The notes below the pieces were generated by a model. It did not search any database and was not told the DNA's origin. It worked only from the letters and a program-made list of their open reading frames with translations. Below, one piece after another: positions 9,348 through 18,802 of a DNA stretch of 51,912 nucleotides. The DNA lies in the NCBI GenBank assembly GCA_964643945.1, contig CAZXVN010000612.1:1-51912 (forward strand), in the 5' to 3' direction. The position numbers were made by a program, and so were the translations under genes. How positions within the stretch are numbered: the first letter of the stretch is position 1; the number at the start of each line of letters is the position of its first letter. Source of the DNA: an uncultured Lentisphaeraceae bacterium (GTDB lineage: Bacteria; Verrucomicrobiota; Kiritimatiellia; RFP12; UBA1067).

Positions 9348-12008
9348 ATGAGCATGAAACGCACACACAGGTTCAAAGCGGATGTCTATCGACTGCTGGC
9401 CGTACTGGCCTGTCTGCTCAGCGCCACGGTCTTGGCCGTGCCGGGCAAGGCCGATGTCAAGAGCGATTTCGTCAACCCGCCCCTGAAGTTCAGGTCCAGG
9501 CCGCTCTGGTTCTGGAACAACACGGCTGTGACCGCGTCCGAAGTGGCTGCTCAGCTGCAAGGTGCGCGCGACCTGAGCGGGTATGGCGGGCTGGCGCCCC
9601 TGCCGTTCGGAGCCAAGTTTACGCCCAAATATCTCAGCGAGGAGTATTTCGAGCTCTATGGCGGCGCCGTGAAAAAAGCCAGGGAATTAGGGATGTTCCT
9701 GACCATTTATGATGAATACGGTTTCCCCAGCGGCAGCTGTGGTGCCAACATGGGCGACGGCATCCCGCGGTTTAAGAACAAGTATCCCGACGCCACCCTG
9801 AGGCGCCTCGACAAATACGAAGACGAAGTCACAGGGCCTGCCGCCTATTCCAAGCCGCTGCCCGCAGGCGCGCTGATGAGCCTCGTGGCCATGAACAGCG
9901 GCACCCTCGAGCGCGTGGACCTGACGGGAACGGTGAGCGGGGGTTCGCTGTCTTGGAGCGTTCCCGCGGGCGTGTGGAAAATCATGACCTTTGTCTGTGT
10001 TCTCGACGGGGACCCGAATGTCGATTATCTTGAACCCAGGCACGTCGCCAAATTCATTGACATGGTTTATCAGACCTACTATGACAGGTTTGCCAAGGAC
10101 TTCGGCTCAACCATCGCGGGCGCGTTTTACGATGAGCCCACCCTGTACCGCGCGCAGGGCCGCGTATGGACCGATCGGTACAACGAGAAGTTTCTGGCCG
10201 CCTACGGCTTTAGTCCAGCTCCCTATTACCCGGCCCTCTGGTACGACATCGGGCCGGAGACCCAAGCCGCCCGGAATTATCTCTTCGGGTTCAGGTCGGA
10301 GCTGTATGCCGCCGGCTTTGTGAAAACCATTCAGGACTGGTGTACCGCACACGGCGGGGTCTCGCTCCTCGGACATCAGGATCAGGAGAATGTCAAGAAC
10401 CCCGTGGGGATCTCGGGCGATCTCATGAAGTCCTACAAGTATCAGGACGTGCCGGGCATTGACAAAATCGGCTGGGACAACGATCCTGAGGGATATTACA
10501 AAGTCGTCAGCTCTGTGGCCTATAATTGGGACAAGGCGCAGGTGATGACGGAAACGTATGGCGCCATGGGCAATTTAAGCTGGGACCGGCTCTATTCGAT
10601 TGTGATGGAACAATATGCCAAGGGGATCAACAACTTCGTTCAACACGGGGTTTGGTACAATCTCGGCAACATCACCTATCTGCCCGAACTTTCCTATCGC
10701 AATCCGCGTTATGCGGATGGACTGGCCGCCTATAACACCTATATTGGGCGGCTCAATGTGCTCCTGCAGGATACGGGCCGGCACGTGGCTGATATCGCGG
10801 TGCTCTATCCGATTGCAACCCTCCAGGCGGGCTTCCGTTTTGGCGGCCCGCTCGATCCCTATATCGGAGGGGTGAACATCCCGGAGGCGGATTACATCTA
10901 CCTGGGCGAACTGCTGGCCACCCGAGTGTGCCGCGATTTCACCTTTCTTCACCCCGAGGTTCTGGACGAGCGCTGCTCGGTCAAGGGCAACCGGATCACG
11001 CTCAACAACACAGTCAACTTCGAGGAATACAAGGTGGTGATCCTGCCCGGCCAGAAAACCATCCGCTGGAGCAATCTAAAAAAGATCAAGCAGTTTTACG
11101 ACAACGGCGGCCAGGTGATTGCCACGGGCCAACTGCCCTGCAAGTCCGCCGAGTTCGGCCACGATGCCGACGTCGTGGCGGCCGTTCAGGCGATGTTCCC
11201 CAAGGCCAAGCAGCAGATCCTCGCCACCGCTTGCTCCGAGTGGCGCGCGACCGGCGCCTATGAGCCGATGAAGGCCATCGACGGAGACTTAGACACGCAC
11301 TGGGCACCGTCGGAAGGAGACGCCAAGGAGTGGTGGCTCGACGTGGATTTCGGCATGGAGCGCACGTTCAATTCGACCCGGGTCCACGAGGACGCCAACC
11401 GGGTGACGGCCTACAGCATCCAATACTGGAACGGCAGCGGGTGGACCGCTTGCGCCACCGGCACGGCGCTCGGCACGAATCAGGTGGACAGGTTCAAGCC
11501 CGTCACCTCCTCCCGGGTACGGCTGGCGATTGGCGGCGTATCTGCCGGGAAGCCTTCGATCTGCGAGTTTGAGGCCCGCCTGGATGACGGCCCCAACCTG
11601 GCTCACAGCGACGTTCTGATTGTGCAAGAAGGCCGGAAAGGCTCACGTGCGATCTATCTCAATTCACCTAACGAATGGAACTTGCGGAAAGCTCTGGATC
11701 AGGCCCTCGCCGTGTATGACGTGGAGATCGAGAGCAGTCAGAAGCTGAGATATATCCACAGGGTGAAAGGCAAAACCGAGGTTTACTTCTTCGCCAACCT
11801 GGGCGGACAGAATGCGGAGGCCTCGGTTCAGCTGCGCGGGAAGATCACGCCCGAGGTGTGGGATCCGCATACCGGCCAATCCTTTGTTCCGCCCTGTTCG
11901 CAGACGGTCGAAGACGGTCAGCCGGTGACCCGCATCAAGTTGAGCCTCAGCCCTGTTCGTTCTCTCTTCGTGACGGAAAATCAGTGGAAGCGCGTAAGCT
12001 TCGATTGA
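9348..12008 (+). CDS. Secreted GH106-like glycoside hydrolase with an F5/8 type C (discoidin) carbohydrate-binding domain.
   Basis: Signal peptide, then FVNPPLKFRSRPLWFWNN, a GH106-type N-terminal signature. The discoidin-like block is KAIDGDLDTHWAPSEGDAKEWWLDVDFG...AYSIQYWNGSGW. Confidence 0.55.
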   Translation: MSMKRTHRFKADVYRLLAVLACLLSATVLAVPGKADVKSDFVNPPLKFRSRPLWFWNNTAVTASEVAAQLQGARDLSGYGGLAPLPFGAKFTPKYLSEEYFELYGGAVKKARELGMFLTIYDEYGFPSGSCGANMGDGIPRFKNKYPDATLRRLDKYEDEVTGPAAYSKPLPAGALMSLVAMNSGTLERVDLTGTVSGGSLSWSVPAGVWKIMTFVCVLDGDPNVDYLEPRHVAKFIDMVYQTYYDRFAKDFGSTIAGAFYDEPTLYRAQGRVWTDRYNEKFLAAYGFSPAPYYPALWYDIGPETQAARNYLFGFRSELYAAGFVKTIQDWCTAHGGVSLLGHQDQENVKNPVGISGDLMKSYKYQDVPGIDKIGWDNDPEGYYKVVSSVAYNWDKAQVMTETYGAMGNLSWDRLYSIVMEQYAKGINNFVQHGVWYNLGNITYLPELSYRNPRYADGLAAYNTYIGRLNVLLQDTGRHVADIAVLYPIATLQAGFRFGGPLDPYIGGVNIPEADYIYLGELLATRVCRDFTFLHPEVLDERCSVKGNRITLNNTVNFEEYKVVILPGQKTIRWSNLKKIKQFYDNGGQVIATGQLPCKSAEFGHDADVVAAVQAMFPKAKQQILATACSEWRATGAYEPMKAIDGDLDTHWAPSEGDAKEWWLDVDFGMERTFNSTRVHEDANRVTAYSIQYWNGSGWTACATGTALGTNQVDRFKPVTSSRVRLAIGGVSAGKPSICEFEARLDDGPNLAHSDVLIVQEGRKGSRAIYLNSPNEWNLRKALDQALAVYDVEIESSQKLRYIHRVKGKTEVYFFANLGGQNAEASVQLRGKITPEVWDPHTGQSFVPPCSQTVEDGQPVTRIKLSLSPVRSLFVTENQWKRVSFD

Positions 12009-12079
12009 CTATCCGGGTTTCTTGGTCTATCATTGACTCGCTTTTTTTAATTGAGGTAAAAGGTCTGTTCAAAAAACGC

Positions 12080-13150
12080 ATGTTTAGCAAGGGAGCTGAC
12101 CCCATGATGGATCAAGCAGGAGTCTTCAAAGCAAGTGTGTGTGCTGTGGCCGTCTCCGTGATGACAACGGTCTGTGCGCAAGACGCGAAGCCAGCCGTCG
12201 AGCAACCTGTTGCCGCCGCCGACCAACCGGCTGCCACGCCTGTTGCAGAACCGCAGCTTCCGGCCAAATTGTTTGAGCCGCTGGTACGCGTGATGAGCAT
12301 TCGGGGCATCTGTGAAGTGAAGAATCCCGATGTGGGCTCGTTCCAGCCCGCTGCAAACAACAAGGCCTATCCGCTCGGATCGACCCTCCGAACCGGACTT
12401 GGCGGCAGCGCCATTCTTGTTTTCTCCAGTCAGGAGAGCGTGCAGCTCCTCGAGAATTCGGAGGTGGTGGTCACCAGTCTCGAGAAAAATCCGACAGGGC
12501 GCAGCATTCGCATCGTCTCAGGCAAGGTGAAGACCAACCTGCGTGACAACCTGCCGGAGGGCAGCTTCGGGGTTGAGACGGCCAACGCGAGTTGCAAGAA
12601 CGTGGTAGGTCGCATCGAGTACACGCTCGCTGCCGACGCCACCCTTGAGACCTTGCAGATCGCTGTCATCACCGGCTCGGCCCGCATCGAGGGTTCCCAG
12701 TATCAGATCCCTGCTTTGCGTGCGGCCAACACGGTCAATATCCAGACTGCGCCAGACCGTTCGCTCAGCCGCCTCGCGGGCGTTTCCGGCGATTTCGCGA
12801 TCACGTTGGAGAACGGAACCGAAACGCCGGTGAATTTTGGCATGTCGCCCAAGGCGGTTGTAAAAATCTGGCGTGAGAACGCCCCGGTCGGCGGACGTGC
12901 GATCATCTCCACGCTGGTCGTGAGCCCGACGGGCATGGCGCGTCATCGTTTCGCGTATGCGGATGGACGCCCCAACATGACTACGGGTGAACTGATTGCG
13001 CCGTTGGATGAAGAGGATAAGGACAAGGACAAGGAAGAGGTGCCGGTCCTGTTCTCGACGGAAGGCAAGAAGGACGAGGCGCCTGCTAAAAAGGCAGAGA
13101 AGTCCGCCGACCCCCTCGCCGAGAAAGCGGAAGATAACGCGACTAAGTAA
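12080..13150 (+). CDS. Secreted hypothetical protein with a FecR-like beta domain and an acidic/lysine-rich tail.
   Basis: ATG at 12080, chosen because the previous gene ends at 12008. Signal-like VCAVAVSVMTTVCAQD. GSTLRTGLGGSAILVFSSQESVQLLENSEVVV resembles FecR-domain strands. The tail is DEEDKDKDKEE...KKAEKSADPLAEKAEDN. Confidence 0.5.
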   Translation: MFSKGADPMMDQAGVFKASVCAVAVSVMTTVCAQDAKPAVEQPVAAADQPAATPVAEPQLPAKLFEPLVRVMSIRGICEVKNPDVGSFQPAANNKAYPLGSTLRTGLGGSAILVFSSQESVQLLENSEVVVTSLEKNPTGRSIRIVSGKVKTNLRDNLPEGSFGVETANASCKNVVGRIEYTLAADATLETLQIAVITGSARIEGSQYQIPALRAANTVNIQTAPDRSLSRLAGVSGDFAITLENGTETPVNFGMSPKAVVKIWRENAPVGGRAIISTLVVSPTGMARHRFAYADGRPNMTTGELIAPLDEEDKDKDKEEVPVLFSTEGKKDEAPAKKAEKSADPLAEKAEDNATK

Positions 13151-13254
13151 GTGTCCGCATGATTTTTTAAGGGAACCGGCGGTCTGCGCAACCTCCGGTT
13201 TTTCTTGTCAAAAAGAGTGTTTGCGCGTGTGTTAACCTTATTGGATTATCCACC

Positions 13255-14946
13255 GTGTTCATTTATCACTTCAACCGACTCATCCGCAGCCGTATTCTGT
13301 GGGGCTTCTTCGCCATCATCATTTCCTTCGCCTTTGTCGCGGTCGGCTCTTGCTTTAAAGCGCCTAAGGACAATCTGGTCGCCGGTAAGATCAATGGCAA
13401 AAAAATATCCGCCAGCACCTTCGAGCAGGCTGTTCAGGCGATCCGCGGATTTGGCCGCAACCGTGACAGTCAGACAGCCGTCAACGTCGTAGACCGTCGT
13501 GCGTGGGAACAACTTGCCGCCCGCTTGACCGCCGAGAAGAATGGGCTCAGCGCCAGCAAGGACGAGGTCCGCGCCATGTTGCGCGAGGCGGCCGGTTTCC
13601 AAGGTGCCAACGGGTTCGACATCAACAGTTACCGCATGATCCTCGCCGAACAGGGGTTGACCCCTGCCGTGTACGAAGGCTTGGTCTCGCACCAGCTCGC
13701 CATGATGAAGAGCGCCGCATTGATCGAGTCTGCCACATGGGTCGCACCCATGGAGTTGGAGGATGAGCTGGCTGCCATGACCGACCTGTTCACCGTGCAG
13801 GTTGTCGCTGTCAGCAATCGGTTCGCCACCGTTGAAATGCGCCTGTCCGACGAGGACTATCGCAAGTTCTATGAAGAGAGCAAGGCTTCCTTAGCCCTGC
13901 CCGACCGCATCGCGGTGCGTTACATCGAGTTCCCCGTCACCAACTACCTGAAATACGTTTCCGTGCCAGAAGAGGATCTGCAAGAGTACTACGACAGTCA
14001 CGCCAACACCTACACGCGGACCACCAACAGTGTCACCGAGACCATCCCGTATGCGGAGGTGCGTTTGAAGATCCTCGCCGAACTCCAGATGGAGGAGGCC
14101 CGCTATTGCGCGTCCACGAGCGTGACGTTCAACATCTATGGCAAACTCGCCGCCGCCGGTTCCAACGCGCTTCAGATCGCCGCCGCCCAAGAGGAGCTTA
14201 CGGTCAAGACGTCACCCCTTTTTGGCGCCGAGGATTCGCTCTACTGGGTCGAAAACTCGAAGGAGTTTGCCGAAGCCGCGTTCGAACTCGATCCTGATCG
14301 CGCGGACTCCCGGTTCGGCATCGTTAAGAGCGAGAGCCATGTCTATGTCATCGAGCCCGTCCAGCGGTCGCCGGCGCACACGCCGACCTATGAGAACGTC
14401 CTGAACGATCTGCGCCCGCGTGCCATGGCCAAGGCCCGCTCCGAGGCCTTCCAGAGCTACACGAAGGAGCTGCGCGCCGATCTCCGCAAGCTGTTGGATG
14501 AGGGCAAGAGCTTCAGCGAGGCTGCCCGCGCCAAGTCGCTCAACGTCTCGACATCGATCATGTATACGGTCAGCGATGTCCAGAACCAGAAGATCGAGAA
14601 CGGCTTTTCCATCGCCTACGGCGCGATGACCCTGAAGAAGGGCGCGCTTTCCGAGGCTGTTCCGGCATCGGCCGCGCAGTCGCTGCTCGTCTACGTGCAG
14701 GACCGCCAGCCCGGTGACGCGCTCGCTGCGGAAATGATGCGCGCTCAGATCCGCTCGGGGGTCGCCCGCCGCCGCAACAGCAACCTCTTTTCTGACTGGC
14801 TGGCTTGGAACCTCGCCCAGCAGGATTTCAAGCCCACCCATCCTCTGGTCGACGACGATGCCGATGCGGGCATCGAGAGTGACACGGACGTTCCAGCGAA
14901 GAAGGCCGCCGGCAAGAGATCCGAAGGCAAGAAGGCCGCTCAGTAA
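13255..14946 (+). CDS. PpiD-like periplasmic chaperone containing a SurA N-terminal domain.
   Basis: GTG start. The N-terminal anchor FIYHFNRLIRSRILWGFFAIIISFAFVAVG is typical of PpiD, and a long helical chaperone-like body follows. No clear rotamase motif was seen. Confidence 0.5.
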   Translation: MFIYHFNRLIRSRILWGFFAIIISFAFVAVGSCFKAPKDNLVAGKINGKKISASTFEQAVQAIRGFGRNRDSQTAVNVVDRRAWEQLAARLTAEKNGLSASKDEVRAMLREAAGFQGANGFDINSYRMILAEQGLTPAVYEGLVSHQLAMMKSAALIESATWVAPMELEDELAAMTDLFTVQVVAVSNRFATVEMRLSDEDYRKFYEESKASLALPDRIAVRYIEFPVTNYLKYVSVPEEDLQEYYDSHANTYTRTTNSVTETIPYAEVRLKILAELQMEEARYCASTSVTFNIYGKLAAAGSNALQIAAAQEELTVKTSPLFGAEDSLYWVENSKEFAEAAFELDPDRADSRFGIVKSESHVYVIEPVQRSPAHTPTYENVLNDLRPRAMAKARSEAFQSYTKELRADLRKLLDEGKSFSEAARAKSLNVSTSIMYTVSDVQNQKIENGFSIAYGAMTLKKGALSEAVPASAAQSLLVYVQDRQPGDALAAEMMRAQIRSGVARRRNSNLFSDWLAWNLAQQDFKPTHPLVDDDADAGIESDTDVPAKKAAGKRSEGKKAAQ

Positions 14947-14972
14947 CCCCGTTGGGTTTAGAGATAATAAAA

Positions 14973-15001
14973 GCGGAGCCTCACGGCCCCGCTTTTTTTT
15001 T
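14973..15001. terminator. Bidirectional Rho-independent terminator between convergent genes.
   Basis: Stem gcggagcc / ggccccgc (one mismatch), loop tcac. It is followed by T9 on the plus strand and preceded by aataaaa, which gives a T-rich tract on the minus strand. Confidence 0.6.
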
Positions 15002-15034
15002 GTTGGGTGATCCCACGCCCTGCGCGCGTTGCGC

Positions 15035-16201
15035 CTACAGTTTGGCGCAGAAGCGTGCCAGGCGCGTCATGCCTTCCTCAATCTCAGCCATGCCGCACGC
15101 GTAGCTCAGGCGCACGCAGTCGTTCGCGCCGAAGGCCACGCCGGGCACCACGGCCACGTGCTCCTCTTCCAGCAGACGTTTAGAGAAGGCCATCGAGTCG
15201 AGGCCGAACGAGGAGATGTTGGGGAAGACGTAGAACGCGCCGCTGGGCTTGACGCACTGGATGCCGGGGATGGCGGAGATGAGTTCGTAGATGCGGCGGC
15301 GGCGCGCGTCGAAGGCCTGAATCATCTCGTTGGCCGCCGCTTCGCCCTTTTCGAGCGCCGTGACCGCGCCCCACTGTGCGAACGTGTTGGGCGCGGAGGC
15401 GCAATGGCTTTGCAGAGCGTTCATGGCTTTGATGAAGGTCTCGGGACCTGCGGTATACCCGAGACGCCAGCCGGTCATCGAGTAGGTCTTGCTGAAGCCG
15501 TTGACCGTGATCGTGTTGTCGTAGAACGCCTGGGAGAAAGATGCCATGCTGATCTGCTGGTTGCCATCGTAGACCATTTTCTCATAAATCTCGTCGGAGA
15601 CGACTGCGATCTCGTGCTTGCGTGCGGTTTCGCCCAGCGCCTGCAACTCGGAGGGCGTGTACATCACGCCGGTGGGGTTGCTGGGGCTGTTGATGACGAT
15701 GGCTTTGGTCCGGGACGTGGTCAGACGTTCGATGTGCTGCGGGGTGATCTTGAAGCCTTGGTCGGCCGTGGTGTGGAGGAAGACCGGGACGCCGCCCGCG
15801 ACGCGCACCATCTCGGGATAGCTCAGCCAGAAAGGCACGGGGATCATCACTTCGTCGCCAGGGTTGAGGAGTGTCTGGAACACGAGGGCGAGCGAGTGCT
15901 TGCCACCACAGCTCACAATGATCTGCGAGGGTTTGTAATCGAGGGCGTTGTCGCGTTTGAACTTTTCGGAAAGCGCCTGACAGAGCATAGGCACGCCCGC
16001 CACGGGGGTGTACTTGGTTTTGCCGTGACGGAGTGCGTCGACCGCCGCCTGCTTGATGATTTCGGGTGTGTCAAAGTCTGGTTCGCCCGCGGCAAAGTTA
16101 CAGACTTTCTGCCCTTGTTCAACCATCTGCTTGGCCAGACTGGCGATGGCAAGGGTTTGCGAGGGCTTGATGGCTAAGATACCGTCGTTCAGGTTTTTCA
16201 T
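15035..16201 (-). CDS. Class I pyridoxal-phosphate aminotransferase (aspartate / aromatic amino acid aminotransferase).
   Basis: Full-length match to the AspAT fold-type I pattern: NFAAGEPDFDTP, INSPSNPTG, and the PLP-lysine block FSKTYSMTGWRLGY. Confidence 0.85.
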   Translation of the reverse strand: MKNLNDGILAIKPSQTLAIASLAKQMVEQGQKVCNFAAGEPDFDTPEIIKQAAVDALRHGKTKYTPVAGVPMLCQALSEKFKRDNALDYKPSQIIVSCGGKHSLALVFQTLLNPGDEVMIPVPFWLSYPEMVRVAGGVPVFLHTTADQGFKITPQHIERLTTSRTKAIVINSPSNPTGVMYTPSELQALGETARKHEIAVVSDEIYEKMVYDGNQQISMASFSQAFYDNTITVNGFSKTYSMTGWRLGYTAGPETFIKAMNALQSHCASAPNTFAQWGAVTALEKGEAAANEMIQAFDARRRRIYELISAIPGIQCVKPSGAFYVFPNISSFGLDSMAFSKRLLEEEHVAVVPGVAFGANDCVRLSYACGMAEIEEGMTRLARFCAKL

Positions 16202-16428
16202 GCGTAGTAGCTTCTGATTATTTCTTCGAAATGCGGGTCATGCATCACATCCAGAAGGCGCATTTCGCTTTGGGTGTTCTCGGCCGAATCCGAGGCAGGT
16301 GCGGCGTTGACCATGATGTTGGTTCCGGACTCGCGGCGGATCGAGCCGTGCCGTGCCTTCAAGGGGTCGGTTACGCCGAGAATATCGCCGATTTTATTTA
16401 CCGAGTCAATCCTTTCGTGCACGATGCC
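16198..16428. repeat. Left copy of an ~230-bp imperfect direct repeat flanking cstA.
   Basis: Hand alignment to 18572..18802 is gap-free with roughly 25 mismatches. The first ~59 nt have a single mismatch. Confidence 0.85.
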
Positions 16429-16455
16429 AAAGAATGGGCGCATCTTTGGGCGCAT
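16198..16455 (-). pseudogene. Orphan 3' fragment of the NDK-like gene (duplicate of 18572..~18802). The catalytic His is replaced by Pro.
   Basis: The 85-aa ORF aligns with the C-terminus of ORF 18572..19741: IVHERIDSVNKIGDILGVTDPLKARHGSIRRESGTNIMVNAAPASDSAE versus IVYEGIDAVKKIRDILGETDPLKARPGSIRREFGTNIMVNAAHASDSAE. The N-terminal three quarters of the gene are absent. Confidence 0.7.
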
Positions 16456-16734
16456 CTTCGGTGTTTATGCCCTTACGGGTACACTGCGAACACGACTGTT
16501 TCGCTTGCAGTGACGCCGTGAGGCGTTGTTTGCGCCGAACCGATGCGCTTCCTGAAAAAGGGCTGCGAATCGAGGTTGCAAAGTGGCCGGAAAACGGGGA
16601 AACTATATTTATACGGCTTGCGCGTATGTTCTCATACCCTTAGGTCTCGGGCTAAAGGTTCATCGACCTCCCGGTTTTTTATTGGCGGGCGGGGACGAGA
16701 GTGAGAGTCGTTGAAGAGTGAAAGGGTGTTTGCA

Positions 16735-18549
16735 ATGAATTCGGCATTTCTGGTGGTGGCTGCGGCACTGTTGCTCATGCTCGCCTATCGTTTTCTGGGC
16801 GCCTTCATGGCGGCGAAGGTTCTGGCGCTGGATCCGACGCGCCGGGTGCCGTCCGAAACGCACCAGGACGGACGCGACTACGTGCCGACGAACAAGTGGA
16901 TTCTTCTGGGGCACCATTTCGCGGCGATTGCGGGGGCGGGGCCGCTGATCGGGCCGGTGTTGGCCGCGCAGTTCGGCTGGCTCCCCGGAACCCTGTGGAT
17001 CCTGATCGGCGCGGTGATGGCGGGGGCGGTGCATGACTCGGTCATCCTGCTGGCCTCTGTGCGGCATCAGGGCCGTTCGATTGCGGAGATCGCACGAGAG
17101 ATCATCGGCCCGCGCATGGGGCTGGTCACTTCCATCGCCATCCTCATCATTTTGGTCATTGCCATGGCTGGGCTCGGCATTCCGGTGGTCAATGCGTTAA
17201 AGGAGTCGCCGTGGGGCACCTTCACCGTCGGGTTCACGATTCCGGTTGCCTTCTTTGTCGGCCTCTACCTGAAGTTCATCCGCCCAGGGAAGATCGTCGA
17301 GGCGACGATCATCGGGATGGCGCTGATCCTGTTCGGCGTCGCCGCCGGGCCCTCTGTGAAAGAAATGGCGTGGGCGCACTACCTTTCATTGGATGAGAAG
17401 ACGATGACGGTGACGCTGGCGGCCTACGGTTTCCTCGCGGCGGCGCTCCCGGTGTGGCTCTTGCTCCTGCCGCGTGATTATCTGAGTACGTACATGAAAC
17501 TCGGCGTCATCTTTGCCTTGGCCATCGGCATCCTCATCGTGCATCCTGAAATCAGAATGCCGGCGGTGACGCAGTTTACGGCCGGCGGCGGGCCGGTGAT
17601 CTCCGGCAAACTTTTCCCGTTCCTTTTCGTCACCATTGCTTGCGGAGCACTGTCCGGATTCCACGCGCTGATCAGTTCCGGCACGACCCCAAAACTGATC
17701 CGTAACGAGCGCGATATCCTTCCGATCGGCTATGGCGCGATGCTGCTGGAGGCGTTTGTCGCCATCATGGCGCTGGTGGCCGCCACCGTGCTGCCGATGT
17801 CCGACTACTTCGCGATCAACGCGAAGCCCGAGGCCTTTGCGGCGCTCGGCATGGTGCCCGAACAGCTCGCCGAACTCTCGAAGCTCGCCGGGGAGGATCT
17901 TGCCGGACGGCCCGGCGGCGCCGTCACGCTGGCTGCGGGCATGACCTGGATCTTCTGTAAGATTCCGCTGCTCAACCGGCTGATGGGGTTCTGGTACCAC
18001 TTCTGCATCATGTTCGAGGCCCTGTTCATCCTGACCACGATTGATGCTGGCACGCGCGTCGGACGGTACCTGCTTCAGGACTTCGCGGGGCATGTCTGGA
18101 AACCGCTTGGCGACAAGGCGCGGTGGGGGAACATCCTTGTCTTTTCCGCGCTGTTTTCCGCCGCATGGGGCTGGCTGCTGTACACGGGTGACGTGAAGAC
18201 GATCTGGCCGCTGTTCGGCGTGGCCAACCAAATGCTGGGGATCATCGCCTTCGGCGTTGGCACCGCGTTCCTCCTCCGTATCGGCAAGGCCCGGTACATA
18301 TGGACGACGCTGGTGCCGATGGCGTTCGTGCTGACGACCACGCTGACGGCGGCCGTGCTCAACATTACGGACAATTTTCTGCCCAACAAAAACTATCTGC
18401 TCGCCGCGATTTCCGGCCTGCTGATCCTTCTGGTGGTCGCCGTCACCCTCGAGAGCGTAGCCGCCTGGATCCGGCTGCTGCGGAACCCGTACAGCCCAGA
18501 AACGATGCCGAGCCCAGAGCCGGCCCTGCCCGTGAATGTTCCCGATTGA
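16735..18549 (+). CDS. cstA: Carbon starvation protein A (CstA family peptide/pyruvate transporter).
   Basis: The N-terminus is characteristic: LAYRFLGAFMAAKVLALDPTRRVPSETHQDGRDYVPTNKWILLGHHFAAIAGAGPLIGPVLAAQFGWLPGTLWILIG. It is polytopic throughout. ATG 16735 is preferred over the TTG at 16711. Confidence 0.9.
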   Translation: MNSAFLVVAAALLLMLAYRFLGAFMAAKVLALDPTRRVPSETHQDGRDYVPTNKWILLGHHFAAIAGAGPLIGPVLAAQFGWLPGTLWILIGAVMAGAVHDSVILLASVRHQGRSIAEIAREIIGPRMGLVTSIAILIILVIAMAGLGIPVVNALKESPWGTFTVGFTIPVAFFVGLYLKFIRPGKIVEATIIGMALILFGVAAGPSVKEMAWAHYLSLDEKTMTVTLAAYGFLAAALPVWLLLLPRDYLSTYMKLGVIFALAIGILIVHPEIRMPAVTQFTAGGGPVISGKLFPFLFVTIACGALSGFHALISSGTTPKLIRNERDILPIGYGAMLLEAFVAIMALVAATVLPMSDYFAINAKPEAFAALGMVPEQLAELSKLAGEDLAGRPGGAVTLAAGMTWIFCKIPLLNRLMGFWYHFCIMFEALFILTTIDAGTRVGRYLLQDFAGHVWKPLGDKARWGNILVFSALFSAAWGWLLYTGDVKTIWPLFGVANQMLGIIAFGVGTAFLLRIGKARYIWTTLVPMAFVLTTTLTAAVLNITDNFLPNKNYLLAAISGLLILLVVAVTLESVAAWIRLLRNPYSPETMPSPEPALPVNVPD

Positions 18550-18571
18550 ACGGCGCGGCCGCTTGGTGCGG

Positions 18572-18802
18572 TCAGGCGTAGTAGCTTCTGATTATTTCTT
18601 CGAAATGCGGGTCATGCATCACATCCAGAATGCGCATTTCGCGCTGGGCGTTCTCGGCCGAATCCGAGGCATGTGCGGCGTTGACCATGATGTTGGTGCC
18701 GAACTCGCGGCGGATCGAGCCGGGCCGCGCCTTCAGGGGATCGGTTTCGCCGAGGATGTCGCGGATTTTCTTTACCGCGTCGATGCCTTCGTAAACAATG
18801 GC
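18572..18802. repeat. Right copy of the ~230-bp direct repeat, lying within the intact NDK-like gene.
   Basis: See the entry for 16198..16428. Confidence 0.85.

Noticed and set aside
16482-16512. Imperfect inverted repeat CACTGCGAA...TTCGCttGCAGTG upstream of cstA as a CRP-like operator.
   Set aside because: It does not match the TGTGA-N6-TCACA consensus, it contains a bulge, and no second line of evidence is available.
16429-18571. The cstA insertion as an IS or transposon.
   Set aside because: No transposase or integrase ORF, no terminal inverted repeats, and the flanking repeat (~230 bp) is far longer than a target-site duplication.
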